DNA from: Tubiluchus corallicola
Lineage: Eukaryota; Animalia; Priapulida
Direction of reading: 5' to 3'
Length of the DNA: 64,000 nucleotides
NCBI GenBank assembly: GCA_030141605.1
Contig: JAQGDQ010001031.1
Coordinates: forward strand, 4,948-68,947
Shown here: one piece after another, positions 25,814-38,900 of the stretch
How positions within the stretch are numbered: position 1 is the stretch's first letter
Layout: every line of letters starts with the position of its first letter
The notes under the pieces: model-generated
Databases searched by the model: none
Told to the model about the DNA's origin: nothing
The model's input: the letters and a program-made list of their open reading frames with translations, nothing else
Translations under genes and position numbers: made by a program

Positions 25814-28408
25814 TCACAAATTAGGCCTTTGAAAATAATTGGGAAGCTTTCGAACAGCGCCTTAAAAAAATTTTATTACTCACAAAACTATAATACCCAA
25901 GAATCTTTGCAAAAATTTGAGCAAATAAACTAAACTCGCACATCCTAGGAGGATAAAACATCGCGTGAAAGACATTTTGCAAATGCAATTTGCAAAGACT
26001 GATTCGTTATCAAGAAGTCTGTATAAATATTTTTCAAGATCACACCTAACAAAGACCCTTTCAAATTCAATACGTCTATATTTGTGCTAAAACACGGATG
26101 AATAGTTTCACTTGTTTGTGAAATTTAGCCAAACATGACTTTTCAATTCATACAGAATGTAGAGATGAAGTTTCAAAGCACTACAAAATACAGAGACATA
26201 AAAATAAACCAGTTCGCCATGCTTTACAATAAACGAGCAACAAAAATATTAAGTCTTTCTTGCCTTTAAACGTACGAACGTCAAGCCTGCGATGCATTTT
26301 TCTATATTAACTGATCATGTGCGCGTATGCAAGATTTATTCAGTTTTTGTATTTTGCTGTTTGTCAGGCTAAGGAAATGGAATAAATTTGGCTGTGCCAA
26401 TCCATAGACGGCCGTTATATTGAATGCCCATGTCACACAAGCCCCAATGGCATTTTTAATGATGAGTAAAACCAGAAAAATAGCGTAAAACTAGCTAATA
26501 TTACATTGTAAGTACACATGTACAATGTATGTTTTGACCACATTATTCGAATTAATTTTGACTGTGAAGTTTTCATTAAGGTTTATAAAAAGTAGCGAGA
26601 AAATAAAACATTTTAAACTGTCCTTATTTAATGTTAATCAAATAGTTATTTTTATCTAAGTTACAAAGCTATAAACTAAAATAAACTGCATTTTTTCTTG
26701 ATTAAAAATGGTTTAATTAGCAACTCATAGACGTAAGCGTTGTGCATTTCTTCCTGTAAACGAAATTAGACAATGTATTTCCACTAGTTCATTTGCAATT
26801 TCAATTGGTAATAATAAAATCTAGAACCAGGCCAATATTTCTCCTGCTAACTAATGAAATTCATAACAGCATTAGATGCATCTGTAGCTAAATGTCCCAA
26901 ACGTACCTGCATTAAATAAGCTCTGCAGGGGTGAGAAATAACTTGCACGCTGATTGAGTGGTCAACGAAAATAATTGACATTATGTTAGATGTCAATTGC
27001 AGTTCCATATAACCAATATTGTAATATAATATAATATTTCTCAAAATTGTAATGCTGTCGACCTCCATCCAACATTAATTCATTCATCTATTCGTCAGAG
27101 GCACTTTCGCAAGTATATTAAATACCTGGGAGAAGCTGAGAGGGTTCTCTTCTAAATGTAATAAAATATCTTTTTATTTTGTTTGTTCATTGGCTCGATT
27201 CAAAATAAAATCACAACTGAGCTTTTTTAGAATTTTTGTTTCGTTTTGCTGAATAGACATTTTGTAGCTGTTTAAGCGAGTTCAAGAAAGGTTTGTGCTC
27301 TTTTATAATTTGTTTAACGCTCAATGCATTGTTTATTTTTATAACGTGACGACAAGCAATAATAATTTTTTATAAATTTTGCATAAATTTCGTGTATACT
27401 GTACAAACTGTTTCTAAGTGTTTCTAAGTATCTAATACCCAGTGGTATTGAAATCGTCCAATTCATGAAGCGTAGCTATACATCAATAGAACATAATCCT
27501 GCTTCAAATCATTGGTGATTATAATCTGGCTCTTTTAACTCAGTTAACAAAGTAATTTCCCACTCTTTCAATGGTACTCCAGCGTGGTGGTTTAATTTTG
27601 GAAAGATTTAACCTTGAATTTTGTTGTCTGTATGCGTTGTTGTCAGTATTTGCTAAGCATCTCTTTGTAATTCTTTCCCGGGGAGTTTCAGGGAGGCATC
27701 TTAAACAAAACAAAAAAGTTCCTGCAGCCTATTGACATTCTTGTCTATGTTTGCTTAGTATCTCTTCTTAATTCTTTCCCTGGGAGTTCAAGGATGACAG
27801 CTTAACTTAACGAAAAACTCTGCAGCCTATTGACATTCTTGTCTATGTTTGCTTAGCATCTCTTCCTAATTCTTTCCCTGGGAGTTCAAGGATGCCAGCT
27901 TAACTTAACGAAAAACTCTGCAATCTATTGACATTCTTGTCTGTATTTGCTAAGCGTCTCTTCTTAACTCTTTCCCTGGGAGTTCCAGGTTATCAGCTTA
28001 ACAAAACAAAAAAAGCTTCTCCAGTCTATTGATAATATTGCCTGTCTTTTAACTCATTCTTTCCAGTATTTAAACTGGGTGTGACGAGTTTACTTAAGAA
28101 TTCTGCGAAACACAAAGAAGAGAAACTATTCATCCATGTTTTAACACATATTGAATTTGAAAGGGTCTTTGTTAGATGTGATCCTGAAAAATATTTATAC
28201 AGACTTGTTGATAACGAATCAGTTTCTGCGAATTGTATTTGCAAAACTTCTTTCACGCGATGTTTTATCCTCCTAAGATGTGTGAGTTTAGTTTATTTGC
28301 TCAAATTTTTGCAGAGATTCCTGGATATTATTGTTTTTGTGAGTAGTAAAATTTTATTAAGTCACTGTTCGAAAGCTTCCCAATTATTTTCAAAGGCATA
28401 ATTTGTGA
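25814..28408. repeat. ~300-bp inverted repeat pair (25814-26120 / 28110-28408) enclosing ~2 kb
   Basis: gcctttgaaaataattgggaagctttcgaacag...ggatgaatagtttc is the reverse complement of gaaactattcatcc...ctgttcgaaagcttcccaattattttcaaaggc. The arms have scattered mismatches. Confidence 0.9.
27625..28032. repeat. ~98-bp tandem repeat, about 4 copies
   Basis: attgacattcttgtc recurs at 27731, 27829 and 27927, with a degenerate copy at 28028. Confidence 0.9.
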
Positions 28409-29329
28409 CGAATAATAATATTTTATTAAGATGAAGAAACAATACACTGCATAAGCAATGATTAAATCAGCTACTCCGGCAGCACTAAAAAATTTTTTCA
28501 CTGCATTGTGATTCTGTTGTAGTGGATCGACTAATCGATTTAACATGGTTATGTGAAAACAAATTAGTTACATAACTGCTAAACATTTATGAGTTCAATC
28601 AGGACAACTCTGAGAAAATTTGACGCAAGATAAAAATTAGTGGGTCTTTTTAATCTGATTGCAACTTAACCTATTCATACTAACGTATTTTGTGGGATAC
28701 TAGAACTTTTCCTGCAAATAAATTTAACGAAATTATAAGACTTTAAGTGTGATAGTTAATTCGTTTGGTAATAGTTATTTAAGTCAATTACAACAAACTG
28801 AAAATTGTGAGAAAATAGTGAACTAGAAAAATTATATAGCTCCAAAACCGTGCTAGTCACAATACTTTGGAGGTAACTTTGTGCAGATTAACAAAGGGCG
28901 CATACTAGTGTTTCGAAACTCAGAAAAATATCAGCAGCTACAAACTAAAGCAGATTTTCTGCTTTTGTAAAGTTTTTAAAAAAAGTCGTAATTTGTTTTT
29001 TTGCATTTACCAAAGAATGTTATGTATCCCACTGGATATTAGCAACAAAAGATGTTTTCTGTGTTTCTTTGAAATTCACTTTCGTATAAAGAATTATGGT
29101 TATTTACTGCAGAGCAAAAACTGCTTTTTAGTTCAAATCAAATCACATCAAATCAAACTTTATTTAAAGTCGGGTTTTACAAAAAACACAGAAAGAACTG
29201 ACTACTAAGAGCTATTAAGGAGACTCGTATAACAAATCTTATCTGCTGAAATAAAATAGTGTATAAGTTGTAAAAATACATTTCAATTATAGATCTAAAA
29301 TAAAATACATTGGACCTTTTTTCAAGGTT

Positions 29330-30490
29330 GTTCATCCCAGTAACTCTTACGATGCAAAGTTGTGTGAAATTTCTTGAACCTTCAAAAAGTGAGATTATTA
29401 ATGTCAGCCTATCAATCGCTATTAAATTCCAGTCAAAATTATGTGGATTAAGATCCTTCTTTGTGTGCAGGTAGTAACCTGCCACTCAGGTAAGCACTTC
29501 AATTAGCGAGGCTATTATTGTCAGCTTATCAATCGCTATTAAATTCCAGACAAAATTATTGGGGATTAAAATCTTTCTTTGTCGGCAGGGAGTAACCTGC
29601 CACTCAGGTAAACACTTCAAATAGCGAGGCTAATATTATCAGCTTATCAATCGTTATTAAATTCCAGGCAAAATTGTTGAAGATAAGATCTTTATTTGTT
29701 TGCAGGTTGTGAGCGGCCCATCATCTCAGATACTTTAGAAGATTTTAAACAGCAATAAGCTCCTCCTTGTGTGCAGGGAGCGTGTCTTAAGAGGTCTGGA
29801 TGCAATTCAGCGTTTTGCAAAATCTGCCGAGATTTCAAGTTTCTAATGCGAATTTTGGAAGAAATTGTTGCAGATTTTTAAGGCCTGTGTGATTAGCGTT
29901 TTATGATCAACTCAAATAATTAACAAGATTTATAATTATGCAGCCATCCTTTGTACAGACAGCGCCTCTAGAATGGTTCGGTATTTGGCATTTTATGTTA
30001 TAAAATAAATAAAAACTAAGTAAAGCTAATCTTACAGTCAGCTAATCTAAGTTAGCTGAAGCTGTAAATCATTATGAAAAGTGCTGGTACAAGCAATGTA
30101 ACAAAGATTTAAAAAGTAAAAGAAAAATTGTGAAAAAAGTGAAAAATAATTTTTTAGAAATTCCTAAAGAATTTTTTGATTAGTTTGTTCTGCCCTTCAA
30201 ACTATGTATAAAGCAATGGCAGTTTTATTAATACGGATCAAATTACTGATTTCTGAGATCACAAATTTGGTGAACAATAAGTTTATTTTAACACAAGACT
30301 GAATCATTGGACTGAACATTTACATGTAATACTGGAAAGTCAAGGAACTAAAGTTAATTTTTCAAAAAAATAAAAAATAAATGGTCACATTCTGTATTAA
30401 ATTTCCTTATTACATAAAGCGATTATCTAGTTTCGGCTGAACTAAAGATGTACAGTTTCAAGGTTTATACATTTTGCAAACAGTCTTTAA
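29330..30490 (+). repeat. Dispersed repeat family carrying 118-bp tandem subunits (copy 1)
   Basis: Unit gcttatcaatcgctattaaattccagacaaaattatt...gtaacctgccactcaggtaaacacttcaaa. The tail 29650-30475 is homologous to 33680-34490. Confidence 0.85.
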
Positions 30491-30496
30491 CATTGC

Positions 30497-31064
30497 AATG
30501 CAACCGCACTTATTTACTTATTTTCTATGCAACAGCACTTATTTACTTATTTTCTATGCAACCACACTTATTTACTTAATTTCTGTGCAACAGCACTCAT
30601 TTGCTGACAACCACAACAACCGAACTTAATTTCTGTGCAACAGCACTCATTTGCTGACAACCACAACAACCACACTTATCTACTTATTTTCTAAGCAACA
30701 GCACTTTTATTTGCTGACAACCACAACAACCGCACTTATTTTCTTTGCCACAGCACTTATTATCTCTGCGACAGCACTTCTTTGCTGACAACTACAACAA
30801 CCCCATGCATTTTCTACGCCACAGCACTTATTTGCTGACAACCAAACCAACCGCACTTATTTTCTACGCAACAGCACTTATTTGTTGACAACCACAACAA
30901 CCGCACTTATTTTCTACGCAACAGCACTTATTTGCTGACAACCACAACAACCGCACTTATTTTCTACGCAACAGCACTTATTTGTTGACAACCACAACAA
31001 CCGCACTTATTTTCTATGCAACTGCACTTATTTGCTGACAACTAAAACAACCGCACTTATTTTC
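30497..31064. repeat. Minisatellite: 29-bp units grading into 50-bp units
   Basis: ccgcacttat recurs at 30851, 30901, 30951, 31001 and 31051. The initial units are the reverse complement of the 50371-52530 array unit. Confidence 0.9.
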
Positions 31065-32204
31065 TTATTTTCCTACATGTCTTTCTCTAAGCTTCAGTTT
31101 GTTAATACAAGATTTTAAGTAAAATCCAGAATTTTTCACACCTTCATTACAAAAGAGCAAAATTTGTTGTAAAATAAGCTTGGAGTTGAAAATGTGAAAG
31201 CTCTTTGTGTTGAATGATTGTGAAGGAACATTAATGTTTATGCAGTCAGACATTTCTTCAGTTAACAGCTCTGAGCTTTAAACTTTATTGTAAACAAAAC
31301 TTCACCACAACTTGTGTCTGTAATTATGACATACTAAAAACATAATTATACATTGAAGTAATGGTGTCAGATGGTTGTGATGTGGCCTGAGTTGAGTCAG
31401 GCTAACTGTCAAGTGAAATCTCTGAAGATGAGCCACTGAACTGTCAGAAGTGTCCCATCCATGTGTATGTGTGAAACATTCTCCACAGTTTAAATAACCA
31501 GGATCAGCATGGCAAACGGAACAGTCCAGATGAGTATCGAACCTATGTGTGAAACCTTCCAGATGAGAATCGAACTTATGTCTCACGAATCGTTCCTGCA
31601 GGGCTAGCAAATTATCCCACTCTTCATGAACCAGACTGTAATTTATTTATAAAAAATATGAATAATATTATATAGTCTATACTGTAGTCTGTGTGCATAT
31701 ATCAGTTTTTTATGTTATAGAATTATAATAAAATCATTAAATCAGTAATTAGTAACAATGATCATTGAGACAATAGCAGTGCCAAATGTTTTCTAACATG
31801 TCAAACTTGAAAAACCATAACTCGTTCATTTTTAGTCTAATGTTTGTATAAAAACTTTATCATTGACGTTTCAAGGTTGGTCATTTACCCACAATTCCTC
31901 ACGCTGCCAAGATTGTTGTGAAATCTACCGAATCAACTTAAAAAGAGAGATTATTGAGCTGTTGTTTCATCTCAGACACATTTGTATTATGTCTTCCTTT
32001 GTGTAAAGGGCGTCGCGGCATGAGTTGCATCTTAGCTCAACAATTCACAAGATTTCAATAATTATTAAATTCCAAACCGAATTACTGAAGAATTGCATCT
32101 TCTTTTGTGTTTAGGACGCGACGACATAAACCGCATCCTACGTCAATATTTCTCAATATTTCTATTATTGTAATAAGTGATTGTAATTTCTTAAACTTGA
32201 GACT

Positions 32205-34500
32205 TGGTAAGCAACAAGTATCAACACTGAAGTCAAAAAAGTTTCTTCAAAGCATTGAAAGTTGTTAAAATGTTTTTACTTTTGTGCTTCAGTGTTCATT
32301 TCAGAGATTATATCATATTCAAGGTTGGTCATTGCCCAGTAGTTCTCACGCAGCTAAGATTGTTGTGAAATTTGCAGAAACCTTCAAATAGCGAGGCTAT
32401 TATTGTCAGCTTATCAATCGCTATTAAATTTCAGACAAAATTATTGGGGATTAAAATCCTTCTTTGTGTGCAGGGAGTAACCTGCCACTCAAGTAAACAC
32501 TTCAAATAGCGAGGCTATTATTGTCAGCTTATCAATCGCTATTAAATTCCAGGCAAAATTATTGGGGATTAAAATCCTTCTTTGTGTGCAGGTAGTAAAC
32601 TGCCACTCAGGTAAACACTTCAAATAACGAGACTATTATTGTCAGCTTATCAATCGCTATTAAATTCCAGACAAAATTATTGGGGATTATAATCTTTCTT
32701 TGTCGGCAGGGAGTAACCTGCCACTCAGGTAAACACTTCAAATAGCGAGGCTATTATTATCAGCTTATCAATCGTTATTAAGTTCCAGACAAAATTATTG
32801 GGGATTACAATCTTTCTTTGTCGGCAGGGAGTAACCTGCCACTCAGGTAAACACTTCAAATAGCGAGGCTATTATTATCAGCTTATCAATCGTTATTAAG
32901 TTCCAGACAGAATCTTTGGGGATTACAATCTTTCTTTGTCGGCAGGGAGTAACCTGCCACTCAGGTAAATACTTCAAAAGGATTATAAATAAGCTGCTCT
33001 TTTGTGTGCAGAGAGAGCGCATCTCAAGGTGTCTGCAATTTAATGTTTTGCGGAATTTGCTGCAAAGATTATAAACTTCAAAAGTCGGTGTAATTATTTT
33101 CGGTTCGTTTCAGTCAATATTAAATTCCAGACAAAATTATTGGGGATTATTATCTTTATTTGTGTGCAGGTAGTAACCTGCAAAAGAACGAGCGACAAGC
33201 AAAAGAACAATGACGACACAGTCATTGTGAAAAAGATTTTAAAAAAGAAAAGCAATGGTAAGCAACAAGTATCAACACTGAAGTCAAAAAAGTTTCTTCA
33301 AAGCATTGAAAACTGTTAAAATGTTTTTACTTTTGTGCTTCGGGGTTCATTTAAGAGATTTTATCATATTCAAGGTTGGTCATTGCCCAGCAGTTCTCAC
33401 GCAGCTAAGATTGTTGTGGAATTTGCAGAAACCTTCAAATAACGAGACTATTATTGTTATCTCTGAAGTCATTATTAAATTCCAGACAAAATTATTGGGA
33501 ATTAAAATCTTTCTTTGTCGGCAGGGAGTAACCAACCACTCAGGTAAACACTTCAGAAGGATTATAAATAAGCTGTTCTTTTGTGTCCAGAGAGCGCGTC
33601 TCAAGATGTCTGCAATTTGGTATTTTGCGAAATCTGCCGCCAGGATTATTAATTTCAAGGGTTATTATTTCTGAAATCATTATTAAATTCCAGACACAAT
33701 TATTGAAGAAAAGATCTTTATTTGTTTGTAGGGTGTGAAAGGCAAATCATCTCAAAGACTTTAGAAGATTTTAAAAAGCAATAAGCTGCTCTTTGTTTGC
33801 AGAGAGCGTGTCTTAAGAGGTCTGCATGCAATTCAGCGTTTTGCCAGGATTACAAGTTTCTAATGCGACTTCTGGAGAAAGTTGAAGGTTAAAATCGTAT
33901 TTTGTAGGCCTGTGCGATTAGCGTTTTAGGATCAACTGAAATACTTAACAAGATATATGATTAAGCAGCCCTCCTTTGCACAGACAGCGCATCTCACATG
34001 GTTCGGTATTTGGAATTTTATGTTATAAAATAAATAACAACTAAGTAAAGCTAATCTTGCAGTCAGCTAATCTAAGTTAGCTGAAGCTTTAAATCATCGT
34101 GAAAAGTGCTGGTACCACAAATGTAACAAAGATTTAAAAAGTAATAGAAAATTGATTAAATTAAAAACAATTTTTCAGGAATTCCTAAAAAAAATTTGAC
34201 TAGATTAATTCTGTCCTTCAGACTATGTATAAGGCAATGGCAGTTTCATTAATGCTGATAAATTAATGATTTCTGAGGTCGTAAATTTGGTGAACAATAA
34301 GTTTATTTCAACACAAGACTAATTCATTGGACTGAGCATTAACATCTAATACTGGAAAGTCAATTCACTAAAGTTAATTTTTCAATAAAATAAATGCTAA
34401 CATTGTGTATTAAATTTCCTTATTACATAAAGCAATTTTCTAGTTTCAGCTGAACTAAAGATGTTACAGTTTCAAGATTTATACATTTTCCACACTTTTT
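32205..34500 (+). repeat. 118-bp-subunit repeat family, two tandem modules (32205-33180, 33255-34500)
   Basis: Five 118-bp units at 32391-32980. The module start ggtaagcaacaagtatcaacactgaagtc occurs at ~32206 and ~33256. Confidence 0.9.
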
Positions 34501-35421
34501 TAAAATTGCTACGTGTTTGTCTAAAAAAATAGTTTCAATAAGATAGCTACGCTTCGCAAATCATTTATCTCTAAAATAATTACGAGTTTATTATATAGAC
34601 ACCGTTAATGACGTTTCAAATCACAGCTTTTTGGATGCGCGGCAAGATTAAAAAATTGGTGAGTTCCTTGAGTTTACGTTTTGGGGTTTTTCCAAACTAT
34701 GAAATTTTATACAGTTTCATAAGAAGCACTTTTGCTTTAATTTTATTATTGACAGACATAAGATACTAATCAAAGTTAACAAGCAAACAAGCAACTTAGA
34801 GAAATGAAGGTTCACAGCTCATAACGATTTTAACCAATACTACACGAGAGGCTTTTGTATTAACATTTTAGAGGTTTATGTGCTAAATTCATGATAAACA
34901 CTTGATGACAAAATTCATTATTAACAAGCCTGATACCAAAAACCAGGTTTATTTCTTTATAAACTTGTGTGTTTCGCTTTGGTTAGCATTGAAAAACTCC
35001 AAATTTAGCACCGCACATACATCTTGCGAAAAACGAAAAATCGGGGAAGAAAGCAGAAATGACGTCCTGTTTTGAAAGACACTGCGCATGTGTGACTCTC
35101 GTCTTTTTTACATGTGAGCAAGTCATGCAGTACGCCAGTAATGGAGCGACTGGTGTACTGGTTGAAGCAATTTTAATATTAAGCTCCAATCAGAGCTTTG
35201 TTCACACTTATTTGAATGAACTATATTTTATAGATAAAATAATATTAGTAACGAAGTACAACGTGTAAAAGTTTTAGTGTGACATCACTCGTATTTTTTG
35301 CTTGGCTTGCTTTCTTGTTGCAGATAATTTTATGTTATCTAATCATTTCTGCTTTTAAATATTTCACTGCCAAGTTATCTTTTACTGTTCAGACAATGAC
35401 AAACAGTAATATTAATATTAA

Positions 35422-38071
35422 CTAGCAAAGGCCCCGCAAAAAATTTTGCGTATAAATCCACGTATAATCAATAATACGCGAACATTCTACCTAGTCCTCA
35501 TTTATAACACAAAGCCCGTAACATCCTGCCTACTGTTTGTTTACTTACCTAACGCAAAGCCAGCAGCAGCAGCTTTTTGCTGAATTAAAGCTATAAGCAA
35601 TAATGGATGACGTCACAACAATGGCATTGCGTCAGCAGTTTTCTAAGCGAAAATTGCCGAAAATAGAACATCTAATTAACTCGTCGCTACTCCTCTCGGT
35701 GGACCTGCCCTAAAATATAGCCCACATCATCGTGTAGCCCCGTTCTTCTTCTTTCTAAAGAGCTATATATCACCTTCTGAGAGTCCCACCAGTCGCCGCT
35801 AGAACGTTTTTTCCGAAGGCTGTTTGGCCAAAATTTCGAAAAAATCGCGAGTTGGGTCCGGGAAAATGCCCGTTACGGGACGCCGTGGCCCTCTCACGAA
35901 TTCTAAATAGGCCTATGACACCCACCGCTGAACGGGCTATCTATCCATAGCCATATAACTTTTGCAAAAAACGGCCGAAAAATGGCCATTTTTGGGGTTT
36001 TTTCGCCCCCCCCCTTCCTTCTGGTGGGCCCAATTCGAAAAATAAACCATCAATGGCACGACACTAGATCGAGACCTTTCGTTTGATATATAGATCGCCG
36101 CAAATGGTGCCCTCGTCCGGGCTGTAGCCTCGAATATTATATATAAATAAATAAATATATTAAGATACCAAGAACATATAATATAAGAGACTAGCCAAAC
36201 CCCACAAAAAGAATTTTGTGCACAAATCAACACACAACCCACACCACACCACTCCACCTCATCACACCACACTGCACCACACCATACCACTCCACCTCAT
36301 CGCACCACACTGCACCACACAATACCACCACACCGCACCGCACCACACCACACCACCCACACCATACCACTCCACCACATCACACCACACTGCACCACAC
36401 CATACCACTGCACCTGCCACACACCACACCACACCACCCACACCATAATACTCCACCACATCACACCGCACAGCACCACACCATAACACCACACTGCACC
36501 ACACCACCCACCCACCTACACACCACACCACCCACACCATACCACTCCACCACATCACACCACACCGCACCACACCATACCACTGCAGCACACCGCACCA
36601 CCCACACACCACACCACACCACCCACACCATACGACTCCACCACATCACACCACACTGCACCACACCATACCACTGCACCACCCACACACCACACCACAC
36701 CACACCACCCACACCATAATACTCCACCACATCACACCGCACTGCACCACACCATAACACCACACTGCACCACAACACCCACAAATAGCCAAACCCCACA
36801 AAAAGAATTTTGTGCACAAATCAACACACAACCCACACCACACCACTCCACCTCATCACACCACACTGCACCACACCATACCACTCCACCTCATCGCACC
36901 ACACTGCACCACACAATACCACCACACCGCACCGCACCACACCATACCACCTACACACCACACCACCCACACCATACCACTCCACCACATCACACCACAC
37001 TGCACCACACCATACCACTGCACCACCCACCCACACACCACACCACACCACCCACACCATAATACTCCACCACATCACACCGCACAGCACCACACCCTAA
37101 CACCACACTGCACCACACCACACCACACCACCCACACCATACCACTCCACCAGACTGCACCACAAACACCATACCACTGCAGCACACCGCACCACCCACC
37201 CACACACCACACCACACCACCCACACCATACGACTCCACCACATCACACCACACTGCTCCACACCATACCACTGCAGCACAAAGCACCACCCACACACCA
37301 CACCATACCACCCACACCATACGACTCCACCACATCACACCACACTGCACCACACAATACCACCACACCGCATGGCACCACACCATACAGTAGGCAGCTT
37401 TTTGCTGAATTAAAGCTATAAGATTATAGACAGAGTACAATGGATGACGTCAGAACAATGGCTTTGCGTCAGCAGTTTTCTAAGCAAAAATTGTCGAAAA
37501 TAGAACATCCAATTAACTCGTCGGTACTCCTCTCGGTGGACCTGCCCTAAAACATAGCTCACACCATCGTGTAGCCCCGTTCTTCCTCTTTGTAAAGAGC
37601 TATATATCTCCTTCCGAGAGTGCCACCAGGCGACGCTAGAACGTTTTTTCCGCAGGCAGTTTGGTCAAAATTTCGAAAAAATCGCGAGTTGGGTCCGGGA
37701 AAACGCCCGTTGCGGGACCCCGTGGCCCTCTCGCGAATTCTAAATAGGCCTACTACACCCACCGCTGAACGGGCTATCTATCCATACCCAGCACCCCCCT
37801 CGGCCCGTTCCAGTTCTCTACATCTCAGCCGTATAACTTTTGCAAAAAACGGCCGAAAAAGGGCCATTTTTGGAGGTTTTTCGCCTCCCCCTTCTCCCGG
37901 TGGGCCCGATTCGAAAAATAAACCATCAATGGCACGACACTAGATCGAGACCTTTCGTTTGATATATAGATCGCCGCAAATGGTGCCCTCGTCGGAGCTG
38001 TAGCCTCGAATCTTACATATATATAAATAAATAAATAATATATACCAAGAATATTAATATAAGAGTATAGA
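35422..38071 (-). mobile_element. Head-to-tail dimer of non-autonomous Helitrons (units 35422-36190 and 36191-38071)
   Basis: The minus strand starts A|TCTATACT (38071) and ends hairpin + CTAG|T (35422), i.e. an AT target without TSD. The internal junction is CTAG|TC at 36191/36190. 35560-36190 and 37390-38065 are near-identical. Confidence 0.85.
36225..37388. repeat. Complex (CACCA)n-like simple repeat inside the Helitron, with a 594-bp internal duplication
   Basis: Sequence is almost entirely C and A. tagccaaaccccacaaaaagaattttgtgcacaaatc recurs at 36192 and 36786. Confidence 0.92.
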
Positions 38072-38089
38072 TACAGTATTAAGCTTCAT

Positions 38090-38900
38090 ATTAATACAGT
38101 AAAGCTTACAACAAACTTAGATACGCTTCCAGTAACTGTTAAATCTCTACCTGGTGCTTGTGTTCCATCTCGTGTCTTTATTGATATTGAAAAGATCTTT
38201 GCTTCAGGGTAATTAATCAAGATTGGCAAAATTTTCAAACACAGTTTTAATTGCATCAAGCCGTGTCTTGTGTACCTCAAACTAACCATGTCTGCTCATA
38301 GTCTACTGCTCATGTCTGTTCATAAGCAGGCCACGCCATACGTATTCAGTGTTTGGAGGTATTTCCACATGCTCCTTTTCTATGTTCTTTATTTCGTTCA
38401 CAGTACATTGGTAACCCTATTTCTCTGTATTTTAGCAGTAATGTAATTTTAGTAAATTCCACTGAGATCATTTTCTTTTATGGGTCTTATAATATTAAAT
38501 GGATTCACTAGTTGTTCAGCTGGATGAAATACCATTGCATCTGTTTTGTCTACAAACTACCATGAACAAAAACTTCAGACAGATTCAATATATAGCTTAA
38601 ATTGAATTTTAACGTTTAATATGTGATTTCTTGACGTCGAATAATTTACAGATCCATCCTTGTCAAATATCGAGTATTAATTGCCAACCTGCTTGATTAG
38701 TTTAATTTAATTTTAATAATCTTGAGCAGTTGGCGCCACAGCACGGAAGTGTTTAATTCTGATAAAATTCATAATGCCAAAATTCGTGTTTTAGCTTCCT
38801 AGTTTTGCCAAGGTAGAAACCATCTGACTATCAAAAAGCAGACACAGCATCATTGTGACATATAAGGTCTGTTAACTTGACTTTACACACAGCTATTTGT
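38090..38900 (-). mobile_element. Possible very old LINE RT relic
   Basis: Weak motifs only (AFDS-like, SVL.P-like, VDKTDAMVF), in RT order on the minus strand. Heavily disrupted. Confidence 0.25.

Noticed and set aside
36216-37440. His/Thr/Pro-rich and Val/Trp/Cys-rich ORFs
   Set aside because: They are translations of the CACCA simple repeat, open in many frames on both strands.
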